From positions 1,619,806-1,683,805 of the forward strand of contig JAXGMA010000001.1 in the NCBI GenBank assembly GCA_040768905.1: a stretch of 64,000 nucleotides of DNA, written 5' to 3'. Origin of the DNA: Christensenellales bacterium. Lineage in GTDB: Bacteria; Bacillota; Clostridia; Christensenellales; SZUA-584. Below, piece by piece: positions 30,790-39,855 of this stretch (within the stretch, counting starts at the first letter, position 1; every line of letters begins with the position of its first letter). Below the pieces are notes generated by a model. It saw only the letters and a program-made list of their open reading frames with translations, ran no database searches and was not told the origin of the DNA. A program made the translations under genes and the position numbers.

Positions 30790-32004
30790 TTATGTATCAG
30801 TTTTTTCAGCCTGCGTGTCTGCAGCATCCTCTTCCGGTCCGGCAAAATCAGTGCCGTTATCGGTTCCAGAGCCTTCGGCTTGAGTATCTTCGAACTCTTC
30901 GTCAAAGAAGATCTCGCTGTCGAAGGGTTCTTCACTGTCCTCTTGCTCTTTATGATCGCTAAACAGTGTTTGCTCTATCTGGGTCTGGCTCTTTATATCA
31001 ATTTTCCATCCTGTGAGTTTGGCTGCCAGACGGGCGTTCTGCCCTTCTCGGCCGATCGCAAGCGACAGCTGATAATCCGGTACGACCACTTTGGCGGCTT
31101 TCTCATCTTCATTGATCTGCACCATCAGCACTTTGGCCGGGCGCAGCGAATTGGCGATATACTCTATCGGATCGGAGCTCCAGGGTATCACGTCGATTTT
31201 TTCATTGCCAAGCTCCGCCACGATCCTGTCGATACGGGAACCCTTCTGTCCCACACAGGCACCCACGGGATCGACATTCTCGTCTTCGGAATAAACCGCT
31301 ATCTTGGTACGCGAGCCTGCCTCGCGCGCAATGCTTTTTATATGAACGATATTCTGCATTATTTCTGGCACTTCAATTTCAAACAAACGTTTTAACAGCC
31401 CGGGATGCGAGCGTGATACAACGATCTGCGGCCCTTTCGTGGTTTTGCGCACCTCTGAAACATAGACCTTAATATGGTCATTCACATTGTAACGTTCTCC
31501 CGGGATGCCTTCTGAAAGCGGCATAACGCCTTCCGCTCCGTCGATCTCCAACAGGATGCTGATTTTGTCCACACGGTGAATAGAGGCAGACAGAACTTCT
31601 CCTTCACGCTCTTTGAACTTGTCATACACAACGTCGCGCTCTGCCTCGCGCAGACGGTGAACAACCACTTGCTTTGCGGTCTGCGCAGCGATGCGCCCGA
31701 AAGACCCCGGCGTGACCTCCATCTCCAGTACATCGCCGGGTTCATAAGCTATATTGATTTTCTGAGCATCTGGCAGCGAAATCTCTGCGACATCGTCTTC
31801 CACTGTTTCAACAACGGTTTTTTTGGCAAACACACGGAAAGCGCCGACCATAGGGTCTACCTCCACGCGCACATCCTGCGCACTCCCGTAATTCTTTTTG
31901 TAGGCGGAAACGAGCGCATTTTCGATCGCATCGATCAAAACGCTTTTTTCGATTCCTTTTTCTCTTTCCAGCGCTGCCAGCGCCATCAGAAACTCTGTGC
32001 TCAT
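30790..32004 (-). CDS. nusA: Transcription termination/antitermination factor NusA
   Basis: It has an N-terminal domain, S1 and two KH domains (GACVGQKGSRI, AIGREGQNARLA), plus an acidic C-terminal tail. Confidence 0.96.
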   Translation of the reverse strand: MSTEFLMALAALEREKGIEKSVLIDAIENALVSAYKKNYGSAQDVRVEVDPMVGAFRVFAKKTVVETVEDDVAEISLPDAQKINIAYEPGDVLEMEVTPGSFGRIAAQTAKQVVVHRLREAERDVVYDKFKEREGEVLSASIHRVDKISILLEIDGAEGVMPLSEGIPGERYNVNDHIKVYVSEVRKTTKGPQIVVSRSHPGLLKRLFEIEVPEIMQNIVHIKSIAREAGSRTKIAVYSEDENVDPVGACVGQKGSRIDRIVAELGNEKIDVIPWSSDPIEYIANSLRPAKVLMVQINEDEKAAKVVVPDYQLSLAIGREGQNARLAAKLTGWKIDIKSQTQIEQTLFSDHKEQEDSEEPFDSEIFFDEEFEDTQAEGSGTDNGTDFAGPEEDAADTQAEKTDT

Positions 32005-32019
32005 TGAAAACCTCCGAAT

Positions 32020-32472
32020 TTATATGTCGACATGCAGCCTTATCAAGGCCACATCCTTATGCGCAAAAGCCGTTCCGTCTTCGAGCGTAAAGCCGCTGTC
32101 GTCATATGCAGACAAAACGCCCGTCAGCTCCTTGTGCCCGTTTGCCGCGCGGTAAAGCTTGATATCCACTTTTTTTCCGATGCTGCGCGCAAAATCACGC
32201 GGCGTCTTCAAAGGGCGGTCAAGCCCGGGCGACGACACGCACAGATAATATGAATCTTCGATGGGATCATTTTCCTCTATGACAGGGTCAACAAGGCGGC
32301 TGATCTTTTCGCAGTCTTCGAGCATCAGCCCACCCGGTTTGTCAGCGTAGATAATCAGTTCAATCTCTTTGCCTGTCTTTTTGATTTCTGTCCCAACATA
32401 TTCGTAGCCGTTTTGCGTGATGATCGGCTCAACAAGCGCCTCAACGGTCTTTTCATTTTTTTTAGATATGAT
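32020..32472 (-). CDS. rimP: Ribosome maturation factor RimP; no canonical start codon (probable ATA or ATC start)
   Basis: The RimP-like sequence ISKKNEKTVEALVEPIITQNGYEYVGTEIKKTGKEIELIIYADKPGGLMLEDCEKISRLV continues in frame 49 codons upstream of the first ATG. That stretch contains no ATG, GTG or TTG and is bounded by a TGA at 32473-32475. A GGAAGGTG RBS lies just upstream. Confidence 0.75.
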   Translation of the reverse strand: MISKKNEKTVEALVEPIITQNGYEYVGTEIKKTGKEIELIIYADKPGGLMLEDCEKISRLVDPVIEENDPIEDSYYLCVSSPGLDRPLKTPRDFARSIGKKVDIKLYRAANGHKELTGVLSAYDDSGFTLEDGTAFAHKDVALIRLHVDI

Positions 32473-32515
32473 TCAGCACCTTCCCGAACAAAATTCCTTT
32501 TTTTAGCTTACAATT

Positions 32516-32540
32516 CAAAAGAGTGGGTTCTTCCCACTCT
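32516..32540 (-). terminator. Leader hairpin with a short U-tract between the rimP promoter and the rimP start (candidate attenuator)
   Basis: The minus strand reads AGAGTGGG-AAGAA-CCCACTCT followed by TTTTG. It lies about 45 nt upstream of the rimP start. Confidence 0.5.
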
Positions 32541-32567
32541 CCGGTAAAAAAGCATATCAGCATGGTC

Positions 32568-32596
32568 AATATACCACAAACAGCAAATTTGTGCAA
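32568..32596 (-). promoter_or_regulatory. Candidate sigma-A promoter of the rimP-nusA-infB operon
   Basis: The minus strand reads TTGCAC, a 17-nt spacer, then TATATT, with a TGg extended -10. Confidence 0.5.
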
Positions 32597-32771
32597 GTAA
32601 AAAAGATGGGCACAGGCTTGTGTCCGTTGTCGTTCGTTTTTTTAGGCTTCCAGTGCAAAATAAAAACATTTAACTACACAAAACGGTAAAACAAGGTTAT
32701 AATTTACGTAATCAGGCCAAAATCATAAGTCATTGTTCTTTTTTGGTATTCTTTTTCGGATTGGTGGTAAA

Positions 32772-34052
32772 ATGAACAAAATCAAAGCATGCCTTGTCAT
32801 TGTGATCATTGTTGTGTTCTCCGGATGCATAGGTTTGTTCCCGGTTGCTCCGGTCAGTGTTGCATCGCTCGGCGTTGAGGAAGGCAGTGCCGATGCTTTC
32901 GGCTTTGATTTGCCGCCTGAGCCCGAAACAACGCCGCAGCCAACCCCTGCGCCCACACCGCAGCCAACTCCCGAGCCTGCGAAGATCAGCATCATGGCAG
33001 TGGGCGATATCATGTTCCATAGGGCTCAGATCGACGCTGCTTATGACAAAGAAACAAAAACACACGACTTTTCATACAGCTATCAGTTTGTTAAAGACAT
33101 TCTTTCCAGCGCCGATCTGGCGATCGGCAATCTGGAGTGCCCTTTGGCCGGGCCGGGCAGGCCTTATTCGGTCGCGAACGGGAAAAGCTTCAACGCACCG
33201 GACAGCGCGGCCATCGCTCTGAAAGAAGCAGGTTTTGACGTGCTCTCCACGATCAACAACCACAGCCATGACAGGCGGCTCGCCGGTTTGCTGCGTACGA
33301 TCGATACGTTGCGCGAGGCGGGCATCGTGTGTGCGGGTACGCGCAAGGACGCAGACGAACCGCGCTTTTTCATGACAGATTTGCAAGGCATCCGTGTCGG
33401 CGTCACGGCTTACTCTTACGGAGATAAAAACGCGGATTACGCCAATCTTTATGCTCGCTCGAACACACAAAAAGCGCTCGAGACGATTGGACAGACCGTG
33501 ATAGAAATGCGCGAAGCCGGTGCCGAGATCGTGATATTGTTCATACACTGGGGCAGCGAATACCAGCGAAAACCTACCGGCCAGCAGACAAAGCTCGCGC
33601 ACGTCCTTTGCGAAGCAGGCGTAGACATCATCTTTGGTTCGCATCCGCATGTGCTGCAGCCTGTAGACATCCTGACATCCGAGTCAGGGCACCGTACAAT
33701 CGTCGCTTATTCTCTCGGCAACTTTATTTCCAATCAAAGAACGCGCTTCAATCCCAAGTTCAAATATACTGAGGATTGCATGATACTCAATGTCAGCGTC
33801 ACAAAGCCGTTCGGCGAAAACGCTTATGTTTCCGGCGTTGCGTATCTGCCTACATGGACGATGATGTATACGAGCGGCGGTAAGCGGCATTATACCGTTC
33901 TGCCTATCGAAAAGGCTCTTGCCAAGCCCGAGGCTTATGATCTGCTTACCGAATACGACAAGAAAAAAGCACAAAAATCTCTTGATGACACAAACGCTCT
34001 TTTGGCTGATGCCATCGAAAGGGGCCTGTTGTCGCTTATGCCGCTCGATTGA
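32772..34052 (+). CDS. CapA-family (PGA_cap metallophosphatase-like) lipoprotein
   Basis: It has a signal peptide and lipobox (MNKIKACLVIVIIVVFSGC), a P/T-rich linker, then MAVGDIMFHR, GNLECP and HWGSEY motifs of the CapA family. Confidence 0.8.
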   Translation: MNKIKACLVIVIIVVFSGCIGLFPVAPVSVASLGVEEGSADAFGFDLPPEPETTPQPTPAPTPQPTPEPAKISIMAVGDIMFHRAQIDAAYDKETKTHDFSYSYQFVKDILSSADLAIGNLECPLAGPGRPYSVANGKSFNAPDSAAIALKEAGFDVLSTINNHSHDRRLAGLLRTIDTLREAGIVCAGTRKDADEPRFFMTDLQGIRVGVTAYSYGDKNADYANLYARSNTQKALETIGQTVIEMREAGAEIVILFIHWGSEYQRKPTGQQTKLAHVLCEAGVDIIFGSHPHVLQPVDILTSESGHRTIVAYSLGNFISNQRTRFNPKFKYTEDCMILNVSVTKPFGENAYVSGVAYLPTWTMMYTSGGKRHYTVLPIEKALAKPEAYDLLTEYDKKKAQKSLDDTNALLADAIERGLLSLMPLD

Positions 34053-34065
34053 TTATTTGATATGC

Positions 34066-34098
34066 AAAAAGCAGGAGCGCACGGCCCCTGCTTTTTTT
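34066..34098. terminator. Bidirectional terminator between the convergent capA-like and symporter genes
   Basis: The sequence AAAAAGCAGG...CCTGCTTTTTTT forms a hairpin with A-runs and T-runs on either side. Confidence 0.55.
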
Positions 34099-34105
34099 CA
34101 CGTGT

Positions 34106-35740
34106 TTATTGGCTTACTGAATTGCCTTTAACGCCGTGGAAACACTTATCGACATGATCTGCCTCAAGCCTCTTTTTGCTTGCAATCTGAACGATGATCG
34201 TGACCAGTATGGAAAGCGAGAGTGAAATGATCAGCGGATCGACAAAGCCAAGCAGTGTGCCCTCGGGCGCAAGCGTCGGCACGCCGAAAATCAGCTCAGA
34301 AAGCTTAAGCACGGCTGATTCTTTGGTGTGAAAGAACAGCATCCACAAAAGACTGCTTGAAAAACCCGCGACCATGCCCGAAATAGCAGCTGTTTTGGTC
34401 ATCTTCTTGATATACAGCGCACCGAAATACATCGGAAGGAAAGCCGCGCAGCAAAGGCCAAAGAACAGCGCTGTTCCGCTTGCTATGGCGCCCTCCCATA
34501 TTGTCGGCAGCACATACGATAAAGCAATGGTGACGACGATAGCCACAAGCACGCCAAGCCGTGAAACAAGCAGCCCTTTTTTAGAATCAGTCTCCTTGAT
34601 CTTGAAGATATCTCTGCCCACAGCCGTGCCGATGGCGTGAAACTGTGAACTGATGGTCGACATCCCTGCCGCCAGCAGTATGATCAGGAAGGCCGTGACA
34701 AACCATTCCGGCATGAAGTTGCCAATAAAGGCGGGCATGATGCTGTCCGTCCCGCCCGTCGCCACAACAGCAATGGATCCCTGGGCGTTGAAAAACAGCA
34801 CATTTGAGAGCGCACCGACAACGAAAGCCACGCCTGTCATCATCAGTATAAACACGCCGCCGATAGGCACGGCGCGGTTGAGTTCCTTATCGCTTTTGAC
34901 GGTCATAAAACGCACTGCAAGCTGCGGCTGTGCAAGCACGCCGATACCGACGCCCATAACGATCGTAGAGATAACAACCCACCAGTTTTGTGAAAACAAG
35001 GTCGGCATTGAAGTCCAGCCTTGGAAGCCTCCTGCCTGAAAACCGCTGATCTGCTCCGCTATCGCCGGATTGGCCGCCAATTCGGTCAGCTGCTTATGCG
35101 AAGGCGCAATGCCGCCAAGCTGCGCATAGACGGCAATGATGAGCACAGTCATGCCGAGCAGCATCAGCGAGCCCTGGAAAGCATCCGAGTACATCACGCC
35201 CTTCATGCCGCCGAAGAACACATACGCCGCAACAATGACGGCAAAGATCAGCAAAACGACATCGTAAGGCAGCCCAAGGCTGCTCTCCAAAAACTTTGAT
35301 ACGCCGATCATAACGGCTGCCGTGTAGATGGGCATAAAGATGAAAATCACCCAGCCCGCAAACTTTTGTACAAATGACGATTGATACCTCTTTCCCAGAA
35401 ACTCAGGGAAAGTGTGCGCGTTTAAGTTGCGCCCGATGCGGCGTGTTCTTTTGCCGAAAAAGATAAAGGCAATGAAAACGCCGAGAAAAATGTTTAAAAA
35501 CGTGAGCCAAAGCAGGCTGAACCCGAAAACACCTGCTGTGCCGCCAAACCCCACAATGGCAGAGGTGCTGATGAATGTCGCGCCGTATGAGAGCGCCATG
35601 ATCATGGGGTGTGTCTTGCGCCCGCCCAGCAGATAGTCTCCTGTGGTCTTCGTCCTTCTGTAACCCATGACGCCAAGCACCGCGATCACGCCTAAATAAA
35701 TGATGATAATAACTATTTTTACGAATAGGCTCCAGTCCAT
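34106..35740 (-). CDS. Sodium:solute symporter family (SSF) transporter
   Basis: 544 aa with about 13 TM segments. The N-terminal GYRRTKTTGDYLLGGR motif is typical of SSF (PanF/PutP-like). The substrate cannot be determined from sequence alone. Confidence 0.85.
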   Translation of the reverse strand: MDWSLFVKIVIIIIYLGVIAVLGVMGYRRTKTTGDYLLGGRKTHPMIMALSYGATFISTSAIVGFGGTAGVFGFSLLWLTFLNIFLGVFIAFIFFGKRTRRIGRNLNAHTFPEFLGKRYQSSFVQKFAGWVIFIFMPIYTAAVMIGVSKFLESSLGLPYDVVLLIFAVIVAAYVFFGGMKGVMYSDAFQGSLMLLGMTVLIIAVYAQLGGIAPSHKQLTELAANPAIAEQISGFQAGGFQGWTSMPTLFSQNWWVVISTIVMGVGIGVLAQPQLAVRFMTVKSDKELNRAVPIGGVFILMMTGVAFVVGALSNVLFFNAQGSIAVVATGGTDSIMPAFIGNFMPEWFVTAFLIILLAAGMSTISSQFHAIGTAVGRDIFKIKETDSKKGLLVSRLGVLVAIVVTIALSYVLPTIWEGAIASGTALFFGLCCAAFLPMYFGALYIKKMTKTAAISGMVAGFSSSLLWMLFFHTKESAVLKLSELIFGVPTLAPEGTLLGFVDPLIISLSLSILVTIIVQIASKKRLEADHVDKCFHGVKGNSVSQ

Positions 35741-35763
35741 TTTTTATCCCCTCCTCTCTCTCT

Positions 35764-35943
35764 TTAAATATCCAGTTTATCGGAAATCTCTTGTTCTGTT
35801 TCCTGCCATTCTTGTTCTACGGCAGGCTCATCGGCATCCGCGCCCTTGTTCCAGTTAAATATGCCGTAGACAACACAGGCGAGCGCAGACAAAATGCACA
35901 GCGCATAAGCGGCAAAGATCGCGAAATCACCCATTCCAAGCAT
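35764..35943 (-). CDS. Small single-TM symporter accessory protein (YhdT/DUF997-like)
   Basis: It encodes MLGMGDFAIFAAYALCILSALACVVYGIFNWNKG plus an acidic tail. The gene sits immediately upstream of the SSF gene. GGAAGGTGA RBS precedes this ATG, and the ORF-track start at 35961 is an alternative. Confidence 0.6.
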   Translation of the reverse strand: MLGMGDFAIFAAYALCILSALACVVYGIFNWNKGADADEPAVEQEWQETEQEISDKLDI

Positions 35944-35991
35944 GAGGTCACCTTCCTTCATATTTATTTATAATCTGTATATCAATATATT

Positions 35992-36018
35992 AAAAAACCC
36001 CTTGGCAAAACCAAAGGG
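35992..36018 (-). terminator. Intrinsic terminator inside the 5' leader of the symporter operon
   Basis: The minus strand reads CCCTTTGG-TTTTG-CCAAGGGG followed by TTTTTT. It lies between a good promoter and the first ORF. Confidence 0.6.
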
Positions 36019-36096
36019 TAAGTAAAAACCGACAAAAACAACTGCCGCCTTGATGCTATGACAACCTTGCTACCCTATGCTACCTTTATATTGTAC

Positions 36097-36125
36097 AGTA
36101 TAGAAAGCATCAGGGATATTGTCAA
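36097..36125 (-). promoter_or_regulatory. Candidate sigma-A promoter of the symporter operon
   Basis: The minus strand reads TTGACA (36125-36120), a 17-nt spacer, then TATACT (36102-36097). Confidence 0.55.
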
Positions 36126-36324
36126 TACACTTATTGTAATTTATGACATAAAAAATATTCCAGCTGCTGTATTTTATCTGCGTTCTTTCCCCATAAGCGA
36201 AGCTTTTTTCTTTGTTGGCCGATTGTAAAAAAATTCTGGCTTTGCTAGGGCTTTTTTTCTATGCTTTCTCAATATTTTATCCTTCTGCGAGTTATGCTAA
36301 CAGAAACGAAACAAGGTAAGGTTT

Positions 36325-37122
36325 ATGCGTATATCTTTGGTTTTTATGCTGGGGCTGCCCGTTCTTTATCTGACCGGAAGCCTTAAAAAAACTGTCAGCG
36401 CCATGCGTATCGGCGGCAAAGCGTTCGTCCTTTATTTTTTTCTGGCAGCAGGCCTGTCTCTTTTGCCGACTTTTTCCGTTCTTGCATTCATCCACATGGA
36501 TGCCGCGGGCGCTTTTATTTGTGTCGCTCCGGCTGTTTACCTCGCGTACCAAAAGGAATTAAGCTATCGCTTATTATTGGCTGCGATGCTGTCGGTCATG
36601 CTTTCCGTTGCCGCATACTATATTCTTTCCTCATATTCGGTGCCGTATCTGCAGCCGCTTACAGGCGCCGCTGTGGCTTTTATCGGCCTTGTCTGCTTAG
36701 GCAAACGTGCAGCCAAAGCATCGCCCGTACTTGCAGGTGCCTACAGTATCAGTGAAAATATGATGACACTGCTTACAGGCCAGGCGCGCCTGCTGCGTCT
36801 TTTTGATGCTGTTGACCTCGCTTTGCTTTGCACTGTGTTCTGTCTGGCGGCAATCGGCACGGGCGCACTGATTGGCAGGCAGCGTCAAAGCTCAGAAAAC
36901 GGAAAAGTTCCTGATTTGCCTCATCCCAAATTTCCGGATCCCGATCACCCAGAGCAGGAAACGCCAGAACCCAAGATTCCCGAAACCCCATTTCCTGGCA
37001 TCGAATTTCCAGAGCCGGAGCTGCCAAAGCCCGAATTGACATACCCCGTATTTCCCGAAGTTGATTTCCCCGGCATCAAACCAGATGTTCCGCCGCCGGA
37101 TTTAAAGACAAACGAGAGTTAA
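36325..37122 (+). CDS. Hypothetical polytopic membrane protein with a Pro/Glu-rich C-terminal tail
   Basis: It has about 6 hydrophobic segments and then PDLPHPKFPDPDHPEQETPEPKIPETPFPGIEFPEPELPKPELTYPVFPEVDFPGIKPDVPPPD. No recognisable family. Confidence 0.5.
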   Translation: MRISLVFMLGLPVLYLTGSLKKTVSAMRIGGKAFVLYFFLAAGLSLLPTFSVLAFIHMDAAGAFICVAPAVYLAYQKELSYRLLLAAMLSVMLSVAAYYILSSYSVPYLQPLTGAAVAFIGLVCLGKRAAKASPVLAGAYSISENMMTLLTGQARLLRLFDAVDLALLCTVFCLAAIGTGALIGRQRQSSENGKVPDLPHPKFPDPDHPEQETPEPKIPETPFPGIEFPEPELPKPELTYPVFPEVDFPGIKPDVPPPDLKTNES

Positions 37123-37218
37123 AGACACGCTTAACTGGTCCCGCGTTCCCTAAAATGGTCTGGCGCATCGCTGCGATATGTTATATAATAGCCGGGCAAA
37201 AAGGGAGGGTTTTCGTTT

Positions 37219-38514
37219 TTGTTCGAAGTGAAGGCTGTGGACAAAGGCAGCGCGGCAGAGCGCGCCGGCATACTGGCAGGTGATATCATCGTCTCGGTGA
37301 ACGGCGAGGCGTTGCTTGACTATGTCGATTATATCAGCTTCTGTGCACACAAAAACTTCAAGGCCCGTGTTTTGCGCAACAGAAGGGCTTTGACTGTGCA
37401 CAGCAGAAAAGATGAACATGAGGATATCGGGCTTGTTTTTACCAGGCCGCTGCTTGGCAAAAAGAACGTCTGCGGCAACCGATGTGTGTTTTGTTTTGTT
37501 GACCAGCTGCCAAGGGGCATGCGAAAATCGCTGTATGTCAAAGATGAGGACTGGCGCTATTCGCTCATCATGGGCAACTATGTCACGATGTCCGCAATAT
37601 CAAAAGCGGAGATCTCGCGCCTTATACGCCGCAAAGCATCCCCTCTCTATATTTCCGTACATACAGTCGATGAGCAGCAAAGGCGCATCATGCTCGGCAA
37701 CCAAAGCGCGCTGCCGATACGCCCGCTTTTAAGAAGGCTTGCGCGCCGCGGCATATGTTTTCATACACAGGCCGTCATCTGCCCGGGTTTCAACGACGGC
37801 AAAAAGCTTTTAGATACATATCGGTTTCTCCGCGGTCTTTATCCTTCCGCCTTGTCTCTCGCCGTGGTGCCCGTCGGGCTCACCGGCCACCGCGAAGGCC
37901 TTTGCAGCCTGCTTCCTGTCACGCCCCAAATGGCACGGGAAACGATTAAAGAGGTTGAAAAATGGCAGCAGGAATGTTTAAATGGTATTGGTACGCGTTT
38001 TGTGTTTGCCGCGGATGAATATTATATACGCGCCGGGCTTGATCTGCCCTCAACTGAGCACTATGAAGGTTTTTCACAGATCGAGAACGGTGTCGGGCTG
38101 ATGGCTCAGTTTTTGGATGAGGCGAAGGAAGCCTATTTAAGCTGCACAGGCAAAGGCGCACATGCCAGCATCGTGACAGGTGAGGACGCATACCCATATA
38201 TTAAAACTCTCGCCGACAAAGCCGTCAACGAATGCGGGGCACGTTTGCATGTGTACGCAGCGAAAAACGAAACATTCGGCGGCGGCGTGAGCGTCAGCGG
38301 TTTACTCGGCGGCCATGATATACTGCGGGCTGTTTCCGGCAAGGCGCTGGGGGAAAAGCTGCTGATCTCCGCCAGCGCACTGCGCGCAGACAACGTCTTT
38401 TTAGACGGCATGACTCTGGGTGCGCTCAGCGCATCTTTGGGTGTGCCTGTGCTGCCGGTTGCCGACGGGTATGCGTTTGTGCAAAGCCTGTGTGAAGAAG
38501 AGCAAAAGGAGTAA
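37219..38514 (+). CDS. DUF512 protein (PDZ + radical-SAM-like domain, TIGR03279-type)
   Basis: It has an N-terminal PDZ-like segment (AAERAGILAGDIIVSVNGE) and a CGNRCVFCFVDQLP Cys motif. The position upstream of der is conserved in Clostridia. The start is TTG. Confidence 0.78.
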   Translation: MFEVKAVDKGSAAERAGILAGDIIVSVNGEALLDYVDYISFCAHKNFKARVLRNRRALTVHSRKDEHEDIGLVFTRPLLGKKNVCGNRCVFCFVDQLPRGMRKSLYVKDEDWRYSLIMGNYVTMSAISKAEISRLIRRKASPLYISVHTVDEQQRRIMLGNQSALPIRPLLRRLARRGICFHTQAVICPGFNDGKKLLDTYRFLRGLYPSALSLAVVPVGLTGHREGLCSLLPVTPQMARETIKEVEKWQQECLNGIGTRFVFAADEYYIRAGLDLPSTEHYEGFSQIENGVGLMAQFLDEAKEAYLSCTGKGAHASIVTGEDAYPYIKTLADKAVNECGARLHVYAAKNETFGGGVSVSGLLGGHDILRAVSGKALGEKLLISASALRADNVFLDGMTLGALSASLGVPVLPVADGYAFVQSLCEEEQKE

Positions 38515-38516
38515 CA

Positions 38517-39842
38517 ATGGCAAAGCCGTTTGTGGCGATCGTAGGCCGCCCGAATGTCGGCAAGTCTACTTTTTTCAACAGAATAGCCGGACGGCGCATT
38601 TCCATCGTCGAAGACACGCCGGGCGTAACGCGGGATCGGATCTATGCTGATGCCGAGTGGCTCGGGCGCGAATTTACGATGATAGATACCGGCGGCATCG
38701 ATCCCGATGCGGGCGAGGTGATATTAAAGCAGATGCGGCTTCAGGCTGAATTGGCTGTGGACATCGCGGATGTCATACTTTTTTTCGTTGATGCCAAGCA
38801 GGGCGTTTTGCCTGCTGATTTTGAAATTGCGGATATGCTCCGGCGTTCCGGCAAACCGGTGATCACGGTCGTCAACAAAGCAGATACGCAGCGCGATGAG
38901 CAAAGCATGTATGATTTTTACGCGCTCGGCACCGATAACCTATTCGCCATCTCGTCTGCACAGGGCCTCGGCCTTGGGGATCTTCTCGATGCGGTGATCG
39001 CCGACTTTGAGCCGGCAGACACAACACAGCAGGAGCAAGATACGATAAAGATCGCCATCGTCGGGCGCCCCAACGCAGGCAAATCCTCGCTTGTCAATGC
39101 TATTATCGGCGAATCGCGAACCATCGTGTCGGAGACCGCGGGCACCACGCGCGATGCCATCGATGTCCCGTTCCTGCGCGGCGATATACACTATACTTTG
39201 ATCGATACAGCCGGCATCCGCAAAAAAGCGCGTATCGAAAACAAATCGATCGAACGCTACAGCGTGATACGGGCTTTCGCAGCGGTACGGCGTGCTGACG
39301 CCGTTATCGTGATGATTGACGCCACGCAGGGCATTGCAGAGCAGGATGTGAAGATCGCCGGCTTCGTTCACGATGAAGGCAAGCCGTGCGTCATCGCAGT
39401 CAATAAATGGGATGCCGTGGAGAAAGACACGCACACAGTCAACAGATTTGACAATGATATCGTCTCTGCGCTCGCCTTTATGGCATATGCGCAAACAGTA
39501 TATATTTCGGCTCTTAAGGGACAGCGGCTCGGCAAAATGTTTGATCTGCTGATGGCTGCGCTTGAGAACAACCGGAGGCGCATCACCACAGGACTGCTGA
39601 ACGAATGCATATCGGAGGCGATCAGCATGGCAGAGCCTCCGTCCGACAAAGGCAGAAGGCTCAAAATCTATTATGCGACACAGGTTGGCACATGCCCGCC
39701 CCATTTTGTGGTGTTTGTCAATGACGCACGTCTTGTGCATTTTTCGTATATGCGCTATCTGGAAAATTATCTGAGAAAAACATTTAATTTTACCGGCACC
39801 CCGCTCAAGCTGACGGCGCGCAATAAAACGGATAAGGAATGA
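38517..39842 (+). CDS. der: Ribosome biogenesis GTPase Der (EngA)
   Basis: It has two tandem GTPase domains (GRPNVGKST and GRPNAGKSS) and a KH-like C-terminus. Confidence 0.96.
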   Translation: MAKPFVAIVGRPNVGKSTFFNRIAGRRISIVEDTPGVTRDRIYADAEWLGREFTMIDTGGIDPDAGEVILKQMRLQAELAVDIADVILFFVDAKQGVLPADFEIADMLRRSGKPVITVVNKADTQRDEQSMYDFYALGTDNLFAISSAQGLGLGDLLDAVIADFEPADTTQQEQDTIKIAIVGRPNAGKSSLVNAIIGESRTIVSETAGTTRDAIDVPFLRGDIHYTLIDTAGIRKKARIENKSIERYSVIRAFAAVRRADAVIVMIDATQGIAEQDVKIAGFVHDEGKPCVIAVNKWDAVEKDTHTVNRFDNDIVSALAFMAYAQTVYISALKGQRLGKMFDLLMAALENNRRRITTGLLNECISEAISMAEPPSDKGRRLKIYYATQVGTCPPHFVVFVNDARLVHFSYMRYLENYLRKTFNFTGTPLKLTARNKTDKE

Positions 39843-39855
39843 GGAGAACGGCAAA

